Assembly: GCA_050183505.1 (NCBI GenBank)
Contig: JBFXBG010000003.1
Span: forward strand, 13,823-77,822
DNA: 64,000 nt
Source: Gemmatimonadales bacterium
Lineage (GTDB): Bacteria; Gemmatimonadota; Gemmatimonadetes; Gemmatimonadales; GWC2-71-9
Reading direction: 5' to 3'
The position numbers and the translations under genes were made by a program. The notes under the pieces were generated by a model, which was given only the letters and a program-made list of their open reading frames with translations, was not told where the DNA came from and made no database searches. Below, piece by piece: positions 27,460-36,149 of the stretch. Position 1 is the first letter of the stretch. Each line of letters begins with the position of its first letter.

Positions 27460-28278
27460 ATGCCGTCACGATCCCTCCAGGCGCTCGCGCTCGCTCTCTT
27501 TCTTGCTCCACCAGCTCTCGCGGCCCAGCAGCCGCTGGTGCAGCGCGAGCGCGCCGCCTTCGCTCGCTGGCTGCTGGCATCGGCCAATTCACCCTACGCG
27601 GCGATTGCCCTGGCCCGGGTTGGTGACGGCATTGCGCTGGGCCCGGCCGATGCCGATGTCCCGCTGGCGGCCGCCGGTCCCTGGCGGATCGCCGAGGCGC
27701 CGGGCGGCCTGATCCTGGAAGGGCGGTCCCTGCGGCGGACATTGCCGCGCTACCGGCTCACGACGGTTGGAGCCTACTCGTTCTTTCCCAGCGGCGAACG
27801 CGGGCGGACCAAGGTCACCGTATTCGGCCCGGTTCACGACGCGCACGAACCGGTCTATTTCGAATACGACAGCTCATTCGTGTTCATCGGGCCGCTCCTG
27901 CGGGACGATGCACCCGAACCGGTGCGGATCCTGGCGCTGGACGGGCTGGAGGTCGAAGCCACCCGCGTGGGCAGCGTCCTGGTGCCCGACGGGACCGCCG
28001 GCACCCGGCTCCGGGTCTACCGGGTTCCGGATCCCGGCACCGAAGAGTCCGAGCTCACCATCTACTTTCAGGATGCGACCAACGACGCGGGGACCTATCC
28101 GGCCGGCCGTTTCGTGAGCCTGATCCCGCTGCCCGACGGTCGCTACCGACTGGACTTCAACCGGGCCAGGAATCCGTTCTGCGCCTACAGCACAGTGTAT
28201 CCCTGCCCCGCCCCCTGGCCCGGCAACCGGCTCCAGCGGGGGATCGCGGTGGGGGAGAAGTATGAGGAGAAGGGCTGA
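27460..28278 (+). CDS. DUF1684 domain protein
   Basis: C-terminus FNRARNPFCAYSTVYPCPAPWPGNRL is the DUF1684 signature. Signal peptide MPSRSLQALALALFLAPPALAA. The stop TGA lies in the first CTGAGGA unit. Confidence 0.8.
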   Translation: MPSRSLQALALALFLAPPALAAQQPLVQRERAAFARWLLASANSPYAAIALARVGDGIALGPADADVPLAAAGPWRIAEAPGGLILEGRSLRRTLPRYRLTTVGAYSFFPSGERGRTKVTVFGPVHDAHEPVYFEYDSSFVFIGPLLRDDAPEPVRILALDGLEVEATRVGSVLVPDGTAGTRLRVYRVPDPGTEESELTIYFQDATNDAGTYPAGRFVSLIPLPDGRYRLDFNRARNPFCAYSTVYPCPAPWPGNRLQRGIAVGEKYEEKG

Positions 28279-28364
28279 GGACTGAGGACTGAGGACTGAG
28301 GACTGAGGACTGAGGGCTGAGGGCTGAGGACTGAGAGGTGAGACGTGAGAGGCAAGACGTGAGA
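28274..28364. repeat. 13-unit heptamer array (GCTGAGG, ACTGAGG x5, GCTGAGG x2, ACTGAGA, GGTGAGA, CGTGAGA, GGCAAGA, CGTGAGA), single arm
   Basis: Read directly. Spans from the DUF1684 stop to the TlpA-like start. Confidence 0.95.
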
Positions 28365-29567
28365 AGGCCGGTCGGGTGGTGGTTCGTCGTGGCGGGTGTG
28401 TTCCTGCTGCCCCCCGCCCCGCTGACGGGCCAGTCCGCCCTTGCGGGCCCCTGGCGCGCCGTGCTGGACCTGGCCGGCGGCCCACTGCAATTCTCCCTGC
28501 AGGTGCGGCAGGAAAACGGGCAGTACCGCGGGCGGCTGTGTAACGGGTCGCAGTGCGACGAACTGTCCCGGGTCGCCGTGCTGGGAGACTCGGTCCTGTT
28601 TGATATCGCGGACTACGATGCCCGCATCATGGCTCGCCGGAAGGGGGATTCCCTCGAGGGCGAGTACCGGAACGTCGGCAACCGGGGTCCCCGGGTGATT
28701 CCCTTCCGGGCGGCGCGGGGCCGCTGGCCGGTTGTCCCGGCACCCGGCTGGCTCGCCGGACGATGGGACGGCTGGATGCTGCTGGACGGCCAGACCAGCC
28801 CGCGGGTCTTCGAATTCCGCCGGACCGATGACGGACTGGAAGGCACCATGATTTCCAACACCGGAGACTACGGCAATTTCCGGGGCCACGCCGCGGCCGA
28901 CAGCTTTTCGATGGGCCACTTCGATGGGTCGTTCGTCTACATGGTGACCGGGCGGCTCGACGGCGACACCTTGCGCGGCATCTTCCACGCCGGCCTCCGG
29001 ACGCAGACCCGGTGGATCGCCGTCCGGAGCAGTGGAGCGCCGCATCTGAAGAACCCGGCCGAGATCACCCAGGCGGACACGACCGATGTCTTCCGGTTCA
29101 GCTTCCCCGACCTGAACGGCAACCTGGTGTCCGAGTCCGATCCACGGTTCAAGGGCAAGGTGGTGCTGGTGGATGTCTTCGGTTCCTGGTGCCCGACCTG
29201 CCACGACGCGGCGCCGGCCCTGGTGGATCTCTGGAACAAATTCCACGGGCGGGGACTGGAGATTGTGGGTCTGGCCTACGAGGTCACCGGCGACAGCGCG
29301 GTCGACGCCCGCCAGGTGCGCCGGTATCGTGACAAGTTCGGGATCCGGTTTCCCCTGCTCCTCGCCGGGATCAACGACACCGAAGCCGCCGCGGCCACCT
29401 TGCCGCAACTGGCCGGATTCACGTCGTTCCCCACGACCATCTTCATCGGACGGGACGGCAAGGTGAAACGGATCCACGCCGGTTTCTACGGTCCCGCCAC
29501 CGGAGCCCAGCACGAACGGCTGGTGAGGCAGATGGAGGATGAGGTGGAACGGCTGCTGGTGGAGTGA
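28338..29567 (+). CDS. TlpA/redoxin-family thiol:disulfide oxidoreductase with N-terminal extra domain
   Basis: VVLVDVFGSWCPTCHDAAP thioredoxin-fold motif. The start (GTG at 28338 or 28359) lies inside the heptamer array. Signal-like WWFVVAGVFLLPPAPLTG. Confidence 0.8.
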   Translation: MRRERQDVRRPVGWWFVVAGVFLLPPAPLTGQSALAGPWRAVLDLAGGPLQFSLQVRQENGQYRGRLCNGSQCDELSRVAVLGDSVLFDIADYDARIMARRKGDSLEGEYRNVGNRGPRVIPFRAARGRWPVVPAPGWLAGRWDGWMLLDGQTSPRVFEFRRTDDGLEGTMISNTGDYGNFRGHAAADSFSMGHFDGSFVYMVTGRLDGDTLRGIFHAGLRTQTRWIAVRSSGAPHLKNPAEITQADTTDVFRFSFPDLNGNLVSESDPRFKGKVVLVDVFGSWCPTCHDAAPALVDLWNKFHGRGLEIVGLAYEVTGDSAVDARQVRRYRDKFGIRFPLLLAGINDTEAAAATLPQLAGFTSFPTTIFIGRDGKVKRIHAGFYGPATGAQHERLVRQMEDEVERLLVE

Positions 29568-29576
29568 GGCGACTAG

Positions 29577-29715
29577 AAGACTGGATGATTGGGGATTGGA
29601 TGATTGGGGGGTGGTTTGAGGATCACCGGGCCTCGCCGGCCGCTGCCGAAGCCCTGGGCCACGGCCAATCATCCAATCTTCAAATCATCCAGTCCTCCAA
29701 TCCCCAATCATCCCA
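29577..29715. repeat. GATTGG-family hairpin element, copy A (arms plus conserved core)
   Basis: Left arm ctggatgattggggattggatgattgggggg. Core tttgaggatcaccgggcc...gccgctgccg.agccc. Right arm ccaatcatccaatcttcaaatcatccagtcctccaatccccaatcatcc. Confidence 0.9.
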
Positions 29716-29825
29716 TGGAACGCCTGCTCGCTCCCATCCCACCCGTTCCATATCTCCTTCCCCGCGGCTAATTTACCGGGCTGGGGTGAGTAACCCCGAC
29801 ATCCAGGATCGGAAGGACGGCCTTC

Positions 29826-30776
29826 ATGGCTTTGCCACTCATACAGTTGACCCGGGGTGCGGCGCCCTCGCGCCCCGGACCCCTGCCTGCGGTTACCCCG
29901 CCAGCGGTGCGCAAGCCCGGCTGGCTCAAGGTGAAGGCGCCGGGCGGCCCCAACTACGTCCGGCTCAAGGCACTGATGCGGGAACTCGACCTGCATACGG
30001 TCTGCGAAGAGGCCCACTGCCCCAATATCGGCGAGTGCTGGGACCACAAGGCCGCCACGTTCATGATCCTGGGCGACGTCTGCACCAGGAACTGCGCCTA
30101 CTGCGCCGTGGCGCACGGCACCCCCGCGCCGTTCGACCCGGTGGAGCCGGTCCGGCTGGCGGAAGCGGTGGCCGAGATGGGCCTGCAGCATGTCGTCATC
30201 ACCTCGGTTGACCGGGACGACCTCCCCAACGGGGGCGCCGAGGCGTTTGCCGGCTGCATCACGGAAATCCGCCGGCGGCTGCCCCAGACCTCGGTCGAGG
30301 TGCTGATCCCCGACTTCAAGGGATCGGAGCGGGCGCTGCAGATCGTGATGGATGCCCGCCCGGACATTCTGAACCACAACCTGGAAACGGCGGAGCGGCT
30401 GTACCGGCTGGCGCGGCCCGGCGGCCGGTACGATCGGGCGCTTCGAGTCCTGGCCAATGCCCGGCGGATGGTCCCCGACGGCCTGACCAAGTCCGGTGTC
30501 ATCCTTGGCATGGGCGAGGAATGGGATGAAGTGCTCACCTGCCTGCGGGACCTGCGCGCCAGCGACGTGGATATCGTGACGCTGGGCCAGTATCTGCGGC
30601 CCTCGGACGGGCACCTGCCGGTGGTCCGCTACTACACGCCGGATGAGTTCAACGAACTCCAGGATATCGGCCTGCGCATGGGATTCCGCCATGTCGAGGC
30701 CAGCCCGCTCACGCGCTCCTCGTATCATGCCTGGGAGCAGGTCGAGCAGGCCAAAGCCAACAGCACGGAGACGTAA
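29826..30776 (+). CDS. lipA: lipoyl synthase
   Basis: CEEAHCPNIGECW and CTRNCAYCAV radical-SAM/auxiliary cluster motifs. Confidence 0.95.
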   Translation: MALPLIQLTRGAAPSRPGPLPAVTPPAVRKPGWLKVKAPGGPNYVRLKALMRELDLHTVCEEAHCPNIGECWDHKAATFMILGDVCTRNCAYCAVAHGTPAPFDPVEPVRLAEAVAEMGLQHVVITSVDRDDLPNGGAEAFAGCITEIRRRLPQTSVEVLIPDFKGSERALQIVMDARPDILNHNLETAERLYRLARPGGRYDRALRVLANARRMVPDGLTKSGVILGMGEEWDEVLTCLRDLRASDVDIVTLGQYLRPSDGHLPVVRYYTPDEFNELQDIGLRMGFRHVEASPLTRSSYHAWEQVEQAKANSTET

Positions 30777-31783
30777 TGGCAACCGCGACCGGTCGGCGGA
30801 AATCCGTCGATAAGAAGACGGCCGAGCAGTACCGGAACTTCCTCCGGGAAATGATGCTCATCCGCCGGTTCGAAGAGAAGGCGGGGGAAGCCTACAGCCT
30901 CGGTAAGATCGGCGGGTTCTGCCACCTCTACATCGGCCAGGAAGCCGTGGCGGTCGGGGCCCTGGCCCCGTTGCGCACGGACGACTACGTGGTCAGCTCA
31001 TACCGGGAACACGGCCAGGCGCTGGCCCGCGGGATCAGCGCCCGGGCCGTCATGGCCGAGTTGTTCGGCAAGGCCGCCGGCTGTTCGTCGGGCAAGGGTG
31101 GCAGCATGCACCTGTTCGATGCCTCGGTCGGCTTCCTCGGCGGGCACGGGATCGTCGGCGGCCAGATCCCGCTGGCAACCGGGATGGCCTTTGCGGCCAA
31201 GTACCGGGAGACCGATCAGGTGGCCGTCGGGTTCTTCGGTGAAGCGGCGGTGAACCAGGGCGCCTTCCACGAAGCCCTCAACATGGCGGCGCTCTGGAAG
31301 CTGCCCGCGATCTACGTGTGCGAGAACAACCGGTACGGCATGGGCACCGCGCTGGAGCGGGCCAGCGCGATCTACGACATCTCCGAGCGGGCCTGCTCCT
31401 ACGACATGGCCAACGAGGTAGTGGACGGGCAGGACATCCTGGCCGTGAAGGGGGCGATGGAACGAGCCGTCGACCGGGCCCGGACCGAGCGCCTGCCGAC
31501 CCTGCTGGAGGTCCGGACCTACCGTTTCATGGGGCACTCGATGTCGGACCCGATCCACGGCCACTACCGCACCCGGGAAGAGGTGGAGGAACATCGCAAG
31601 CGGGATCCGATCGCCCTCTGGTCGAAGCACCTGATGGACGAAGGCCTGATGGACGAGGATGCCGTTCGCGCCCTCGACGCCGAAGTCATCGCCGAGGTGG
31701 AGAACGCCTACAAGTTCGCCGAAGAGGCGCCGGATCCGGAGCCCGGAGAGCTCTACACCGATGTCTACGCGGAGCTCGGCTGA
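30776..31783 (+). CDS. pdhA: pyruvate/2-oxoacid dehydrogenase E1 alpha subunit
   Basis: GFCHLYIGQEA, GKGGSMH and YRFMGHSMSDP motifs. TAATG overlap with lipA. Confidence 0.92.
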   Translation: MATATGRRKSVDKKTAEQYRNFLREMMLIRRFEEKAGEAYSLGKIGGFCHLYIGQEAVAVGALAPLRTDDYVVSSYREHGQALARGISARAVMAELFGKAAGCSSGKGGSMHLFDASVGFLGGHGIVGGQIPLATGMAFAAKYRETDQVAVGFFGEAAVNQGAFHEALNMAALWKLPAIYVCENNRYGMGTALERASAIYDISERACSYDMANEVVDGQDILAVKGAMERAVDRARTERLPTLLEVRTYRFMGHSMSDPIHGHYRTREEVEEHRKRDPIALWSKHLMDEGLMDEDAVRALDAEVIAEVENAYKFAEEAPDPEPGELYTDVYAELG

Positions 31784-31785
31784 TC

Positions 31786-32769
31786 ATGGCGACGCTGACC
31801 TATCGTGACGCCCTCAATCAGGCCCTCCGCGAGGAAATGGCGCGGGACGACCGCGTCTTCCTCATGGGTGAGGAAGTCGGCGTCTACCAGGGAGCCTACA
31901 AGGTGAGCCGGGGCCTGCTGGAGGAATTCGGCGCCAGACGGGTGGTGGACACGCCGATTACCGAACTCGGGTTCGCCGGGCTGGGTGTGGGCGCCGCCAT
32001 GACCGGGCTCCGGCCGATCATCGAGATGATGACGTTCAACTTCGCCCTGCTCGCGCTGGACCAGATCGTGAATTCGGCCGCCAAGATGCGGTACATGTCG
32101 GGAGGGCAGATCGGCTGCCCCATCGTCTTCCGCGGGCCGGGCGGCGCGGCCCTGCAGCTCGCGGCCCAGCACTCCCAGTCGTTCGAAGCCTGGTACGCGC
32201 ACATCCCGGGCCTCAAGGTGGTCATGCCGGCCACGCCGGCCGACGCCAAGGGGCTGCTCAAGGCGGCGATCCGGGACGATGACCCGGTGATCTTCATCGA
32301 AGGCGAGATGCTGTACAACACCAAGGGCGAAGTCCCGGAGGAGGACGACTACACCGTCCCGATCGGGCAGGCCGACGTGAAGCGCGAGGGCCGCGACGTC
32401 ACGATCATCTGCCACAGCAAGACGGTATCGGTTGCCCTGAAGGCGGCCGACCAGCTGGCCGGGGAGGATATTTCCGCCGAGGTCGTCGACCTCCGGACGA
32501 TCCGCCCCCTGGATACCGGAACGGTGCTCAATTCGGTTGCCCGGACGCATCGCTGCGTGGTGGCCGAGGAAGGCTGGCCCTTCGCCGGCGTGGGCGCCCA
32601 GGTGGTGGACACGATTCAGCTGAACGTGTTCGATGAACTCGATGCCCCGATCGTGCGGGTGACCGGCGCCGACGTCCCCATGCCCTACAACAAGCACCTG
32701 GAGAAAGCCGCCAAGGTCGACCCCGAGAAGCTGGTCGCGGCGGTGAAGAAGGTCCTGTATCTGGAGTAG
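31786..32769 (+). CDS. pdhB: pyruvate/2-oxoacid dehydrogenase E1 beta subunit
   Basis: MATLTYRDALNQALREEM...VFLMGEEVG...VVDTPITE. The ATG at 31786 is in frame within ORF 31318..32769. Confidence 0.92.
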   Translation: MATLTYRDALNQALREEMARDDRVFLMGEEVGVYQGAYKVSRGLLEEFGARRVVDTPITELGFAGLGVGAAMTGLRPIIEMMTFNFALLALDQIVNSAAKMRYMSGGQIGCPIVFRGPGGAALQLAAQHSQSFEAWYAHIPGLKVVMPATPADAKGLLKAAIRDDDPVIFIEGEMLYNTKGEVPEEDDYTVPIGQADVKREGRDVTIICHSKTVSVALKAADQLAGEDISAEVVDLRTIRPLDTGTVLNSVARTHRCVVAEEGWPFAGVGAQVVDTIQLNVFDELDAPIVRVTGADVPMPYNKHLEKAAKVDPEKLVAAVKKVLYLE

Positions 32770-32838
32770 GCCGAGGAGTCGAGACGTCGCGGTACCGCGA
32801 CCGGCCGAACCCGCAATCCGAGCCTGAACCCCGAGCCA

Positions 32839-34107
32839 ATGGCCACCAAAGTCGTCATGGAGGCGCTCTCGCCCACTATGGAAGAAGGGCGTCTCGTCGA
32901 ATGGAAGAAAAAGGAAGGCGACAAGGTCGCCGCCGGTGACGTGCTGGCCGAGGTCGAAACCGACAAGGCCGTCATGGAGCTGGTCGCCCGTGCCGACGGC
33001 ACCATGCTGAAGCAGCTCATCGGAGAGGGCACCACGGTCCCGGTGTCCAGCCTGGTGGCGGTGCTGGGGGAGCCGGGGGAGGACATCTCAGGGCTGGTCG
33101 AGGCGACGGCGAAGACGGCGAAGGCGGACAAGACGGAGAAGGCGGCCAAGGCGGCCGGGGCGGCCACGACGGCCACGACGGCCAAGGCGGCCACGACGGC
33201 GACGACGGCCAAGGCGGCCGGGACGGGCAGGCCGGCCGAGGTGGTTCCGGCGGCGGATGGCCGGGTGAAGGCCTCTCCGCTGGCGCGGAAGATCGCCGCC
33301 GAGCGGGGACTGGACCTGCGAAGCGTCCACGGCTCCGGCCCCGAAGGCCGGGTCATCCGGCGGGACCTGGAGACCCTGGCGTCGATTCCGTCCACGGGCG
33401 CTTCGATGGTGGCGCCGTCCGCCCGCGGGTTCACCGATGTGCCGCTTACCCAGATCCGCAAGACGATCGCCCGTCGTCTGGCGCAGTCCATCGGCCCGAT
33501 CCCGACGTTCTACCTGACGGCCGAGTACGACATGGAACGGGCCTGGGACGCGCGGCAGGCGCTGAAGGCGCTGGGCCCCGAAGGCGACATCTCGTTCAAC
33601 GACATCATCATCAAGGCGGTGGCGACCGCGCTGCGGCAGCATCCCCAGTGCAACGCCTGGTGGCAGGACGACCATATCCGGGTCTGGCATGAGGTCCATG
33701 TCGGCATGGCGGTCGCCATCGAGGACGGGCTCATCACGCCGGTCATCCGCGACGCCGACCTGAAATCGCTGCGGCAGATTTCCACCGAGGCGAAGGACCT
33801 GGCCGCCCGCGGCCGGGAACGGCGGCTGGCCCCGGAGGAATACACCGGCAGCACGTTCTCGGTCTCGAACCTCGGCATGTTCGGGATCGACGACTTCACG
33901 GCGGTCATCAATCCGCCGGAGGCGGGAATCCTGGCCATCGGCCAGATCATCCCCAAGCCGGTCGTCGTGGACGGCGCTGCGGTGGTGCGGCGCCGGATGC
34001 GGGTCACCATGTCGTGCGACCACCGGGTGATCGACGGCGCCACCGGGGCCCAGTTCCTGAAGACGCTGCGGACGCTGCTGGAGAATCCGTTGGCGATGGT
34101 CTGGTAG
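32839..34107 (+). CDS. pdhC: dihydrolipoamide acyltransferase (E2)
   Basis: Lipoyl domain EVETDKAVMEL, E3-binding ASPLARKIAAERGLDL, catalytic SCDHRVIDGA. The linker contains a 27-nt tandem duplication. Confidence 0.92.
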   Translation: MATKVVMEALSPTMEEGRLVEWKKKEGDKVAAGDVLAEVETDKAVMELVARADGTMLKQLIGEGTTVPVSSLVAVLGEPGEDISGLVEATAKTAKADKTEKAAKAAGAATTATTAKAATTATTAKAAGTGRPAEVVPAADGRVKASPLARKIAAERGLDLRSVHGSGPEGRVIRRDLETLASIPSTGASMVAPSARGFTDVPLTQIRKTIARRLAQSIGPIPTFYLTAEYDMERAWDARQALKALGPEGDISFNDIIIKAVATALRQHPQCNAWWQDDHIRVWHEVHVGMAVAIEDGLITPVIRDADLKSLRQISTEAKDLAARGRERRLAPEEYTGSTFSVSNLGMFGIDDFTAVINPPEAGILAIGQIIPKPVVVDGAAVVRRRMRVTMSCDHRVIDGATGAQFLKTLRTLLENPLAMVW

Positions 34108-34138
34108 GGCGGAAAGACGGAAAGACGGAAAGACTCCG
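34108..34138. repeat. tandem 8-mer array GGAAAGAC x3, single arm
   Basis: gggc ggaaagac ggaaagac ggaaagac tccgggg, directly after the E2 stop. Confidence 0.85.
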
Positions 34139-34164
34139 GGGACATCTACAATCAGGGGAATCCT

Positions 34165-35562
34165 GTGGCGAATCAATTCGACGTGATCGTACTGGGTGGC
34201 GGGCCGGCCGGATATGTCTGCGCGATCCGCGCGGCCCAGCTCGGGCTCGCGACCGCGGTCGTCGAGAAGGACAAGCTCGGCGGCGTCTGTGTCAACATCG
34301 GCTGCATCCCGACCAAGGCCCTGCTGACCAGTGCCCTGATCGCGAACCAGGTGAAACATCAGGCGGCGGAATTCGGGATCACGGTCGGGGAGGTGAAGAC
34401 CGACTACGGCGTCGCCATGAAGCGCTCCCGCAAGGTGGCCGAGCAGAACTCGAAGGGCGTCGAGTTCCTGATGAAGAAGCACAAGATCACGGTCATCCGG
34501 GGCACCGGCGTGCTGCAGCCGGGCCGCAAGGTGAAGGTCGGGAATGACGTGTACAGCGCCGCGAAGGCGGTGGTGATCGCCACCGGATCACGGGTGAAGG
34601 GGATTCCCCAGATCGGGCTGGAGCTGAACGGCAAGACGGTCATCAGCTCCGATGAGGCGCTCTTCCTGGAGAAGGCCCCCGCCACCCTGGCCGTCGTAGG
34701 TGCGGGCGCGGTCGGCTGCGAGTTCGCCGACGTCTTCAATGCCTTCGGCAGCAAGGTGACCCTGATCGAGGCCCTGCCCCGGATCCTCCCGATCGAGGAT
34801 GCCGAGGCGAGCGATACCCTGACCAAGAGTTACCGGAAGCGCGGCATCGCCGTCCTGGCCGGCGCCACCGTCAAGCAGGCGAAGGTGGACGCCGACAAGG
34901 TGACGCTCGACGTCGAGTCGGGCGGCAAGACCGAGACCGTCGCGGTCGAGAAGGTGCTCATGGCCGCCGGCCGGGCGGTCAACACCGAGAGCATGGGCTT
35001 CAAGGAGAGCGGGGTGGAGGTCACCGACCGCGGGTTCGTCAAGGTGAACCCCGCCACGCTCGAGACCACCGCCAAGGGGGTGTATTGCATCGGCGACGTT
35101 GCCGGCCCCCCGATGCTGGCCCACAAGGGCAGCCGGGAAGGCGTCCTGGTCGCCGAACTCATCGCCGGTCACAAGCCGCACCCGATCAAGTACGACAACA
35201 TCCCCAGCGTCACCTACTGCCATCCGGAAGTGGCGAGCATCGGGATGACCGAAGACCAGGTCAAGGACAGGAAAATCGACTACCGGGTCGGCCGGTTCCC
35301 CTTCAGCGCCAACGGCCGGGCCCGTACCGCCGGCGAGACGGAAGGGTTCGTCAAGATCATCACCGACAAGAAGTACGGCGAAATCCTCGGCGCCCACATC
35401 GTCGGCAGCCATGCCTCGGAGATGATCCACGAACTCGCGGTGGCGCGGGAGAACGAGTACACGGTGGAGGAGGTCGACCTCGCCGTCCATGCCCACCCCA
35501 CGTTGTCCGAGGCCACCGCGGAAGCCTGCCTGGATGCGATGGGACGGGTGATACACATCTGA
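34165..35562 (+). CDS. lpdA: dihydrolipoyl dehydrogenase (E3)
   Basis: GGGPAGY, redox disulfide GGVCVNIGCIPTK, C-terminal HAHPTLSE. GTG start. Confidence 0.93.
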   Translation: MANQFDVIVLGGGPAGYVCAIRAAQLGLATAVVEKDKLGGVCVNIGCIPTKALLTSALIANQVKHQAAEFGITVGEVKTDYGVAMKRSRKVAEQNSKGVEFLMKKHKITVIRGTGVLQPGRKVKVGNDVYSAAKAVVIATGSRVKGIPQIGLELNGKTVISSDEALFLEKAPATLAVVGAGAVGCEFADVFNAFGSKVTLIEALPRILPIEDAEASDTLTKSYRKRGIAVLAGATVKQAKVDADKVTLDVESGGKTETVAVEKVLMAAGRAVNTESMGFKESGVEVTDRGFVKVNPATLETTAKGVYCIGDVAGPPMLAHKGSREGVLVAELIAGHKPHPIKYDNIPSVTYCHPEVASIGMTEDQVKDRKIDYRVGRFPFSANGRARTAGETEGFVKIITDKKYGEILGAHIVGSHASEMIHELAVARENEYTVEEVDLAVHAHPTLSEATAEACLDAMGRVIHI

Positions 35563-35738
35563 GGATTGGAGGATTGGTGTTGGTGATTGGAGATTGGATG
35601 ATTGGTGATTGGATGATTGGGGGTGTTTTGAGGATCACCGGGCCCTGCCAGCCGCTGCCGTAGCCCAGGGGCGCGGCCAATCATCCAATCATCCAATCCC
35701 CAATCATCCAATCCTTCAATCCTCCAATCCTCCCTCTC
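35562..35738. repeat. GATTGG-family hairpin element, copy B
   Basis: Left arm has about 9 GGNGATT units, a core about 89 percent identical to copy A, and a right arm of CCAATCATCC/CCAATCC units. Fills the lpdA-stop to next-ATG gap exactly. Confidence 0.9.
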
Positions 35739-36149
35739 ATGCCCGACCGCATCACCCTCGCCTTCCGCACTCTGGGCTTCACCCTGCTGCTCGGCGCGGC
35801 GGTCATGACCGGCTTCCTGCTGGCCAACCGGCTCCTGCTCCACGACCTGGAGCCGGGCGGCACACCCGATGTGAATCAACCCGCGGCGTTGATGCTGGTC
35901 CTGGGGGTCACCTTCACGCTCATGGTTCCGGCGACCCTGGCCTGGGGACTGCTGGCGCCCCTGGAATCCGCTTTCCGGCGCGGAGGACTGGCCATGGTGA
36001 GCGGACTCGGGTCGCTGGCGCTTTCGATGCTCGCCATTCCCGCCAACCAGTTCTTCGGAATCACCGGGCTCGTCGTGATGCTCGCCCTCACCGGGGCCGG
36101 GGCCGCGGTCATGGGGCGCAAGGTGGCGCTCTGGAGCCGGGGACGATGA
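35739..36149 (+). CDS. hypothetical membrane protein
   Basis: 136 aa, 4 hydrophobic helices. The ATG directly abuts the end of the repeat element. ATGA overlap with lipB. Confidence 0.55.
   Translation: MPDRITLAFRTLGFTLLLGAAVMTGFLLANRLLLHDLEPGGTPDVNQPAALMLVLGVTFTLMVPATLAWGLLAPLESAFRRGGLAMVSGLGSLALSMLAIPANQFFGITGLVVMLALTGAGAAVMGRKVALWSRGR

Noticed and set aside
28274-28364. Possibility that the tandem arrays are CRISPR arrays
   Set aside because: The units are 7-9 nt and directly abutting, with no unique spacers. There is no leader and there are no cas genes. The periodicity and inverted-arm layout are incompatible with CRISPR.
29564-35700. Peptides encoded across the two GATTGG-family cores (shared in-frame FEDHRA.PAAA..G.GQSSN in ORFs 29564.. 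and 35609..)
   Set aside because: There is no credible start codon or RBS. The differences between copies are mostly non-synonymous (S/L, E/V, L/Q, H/R), so there is no sign of purifying selection on a peptide. A nucleic-acid-level element is the simpler explanation.
29577-35738. Composite transposon carrying the PDH/lipoate cluster
   Set aside because: There is no transposase or integrase. I found no terminal inverted repeats beyond the generic repeat arms, and no target-site duplication. The flanking elements belong to the genome-wide repeat family.
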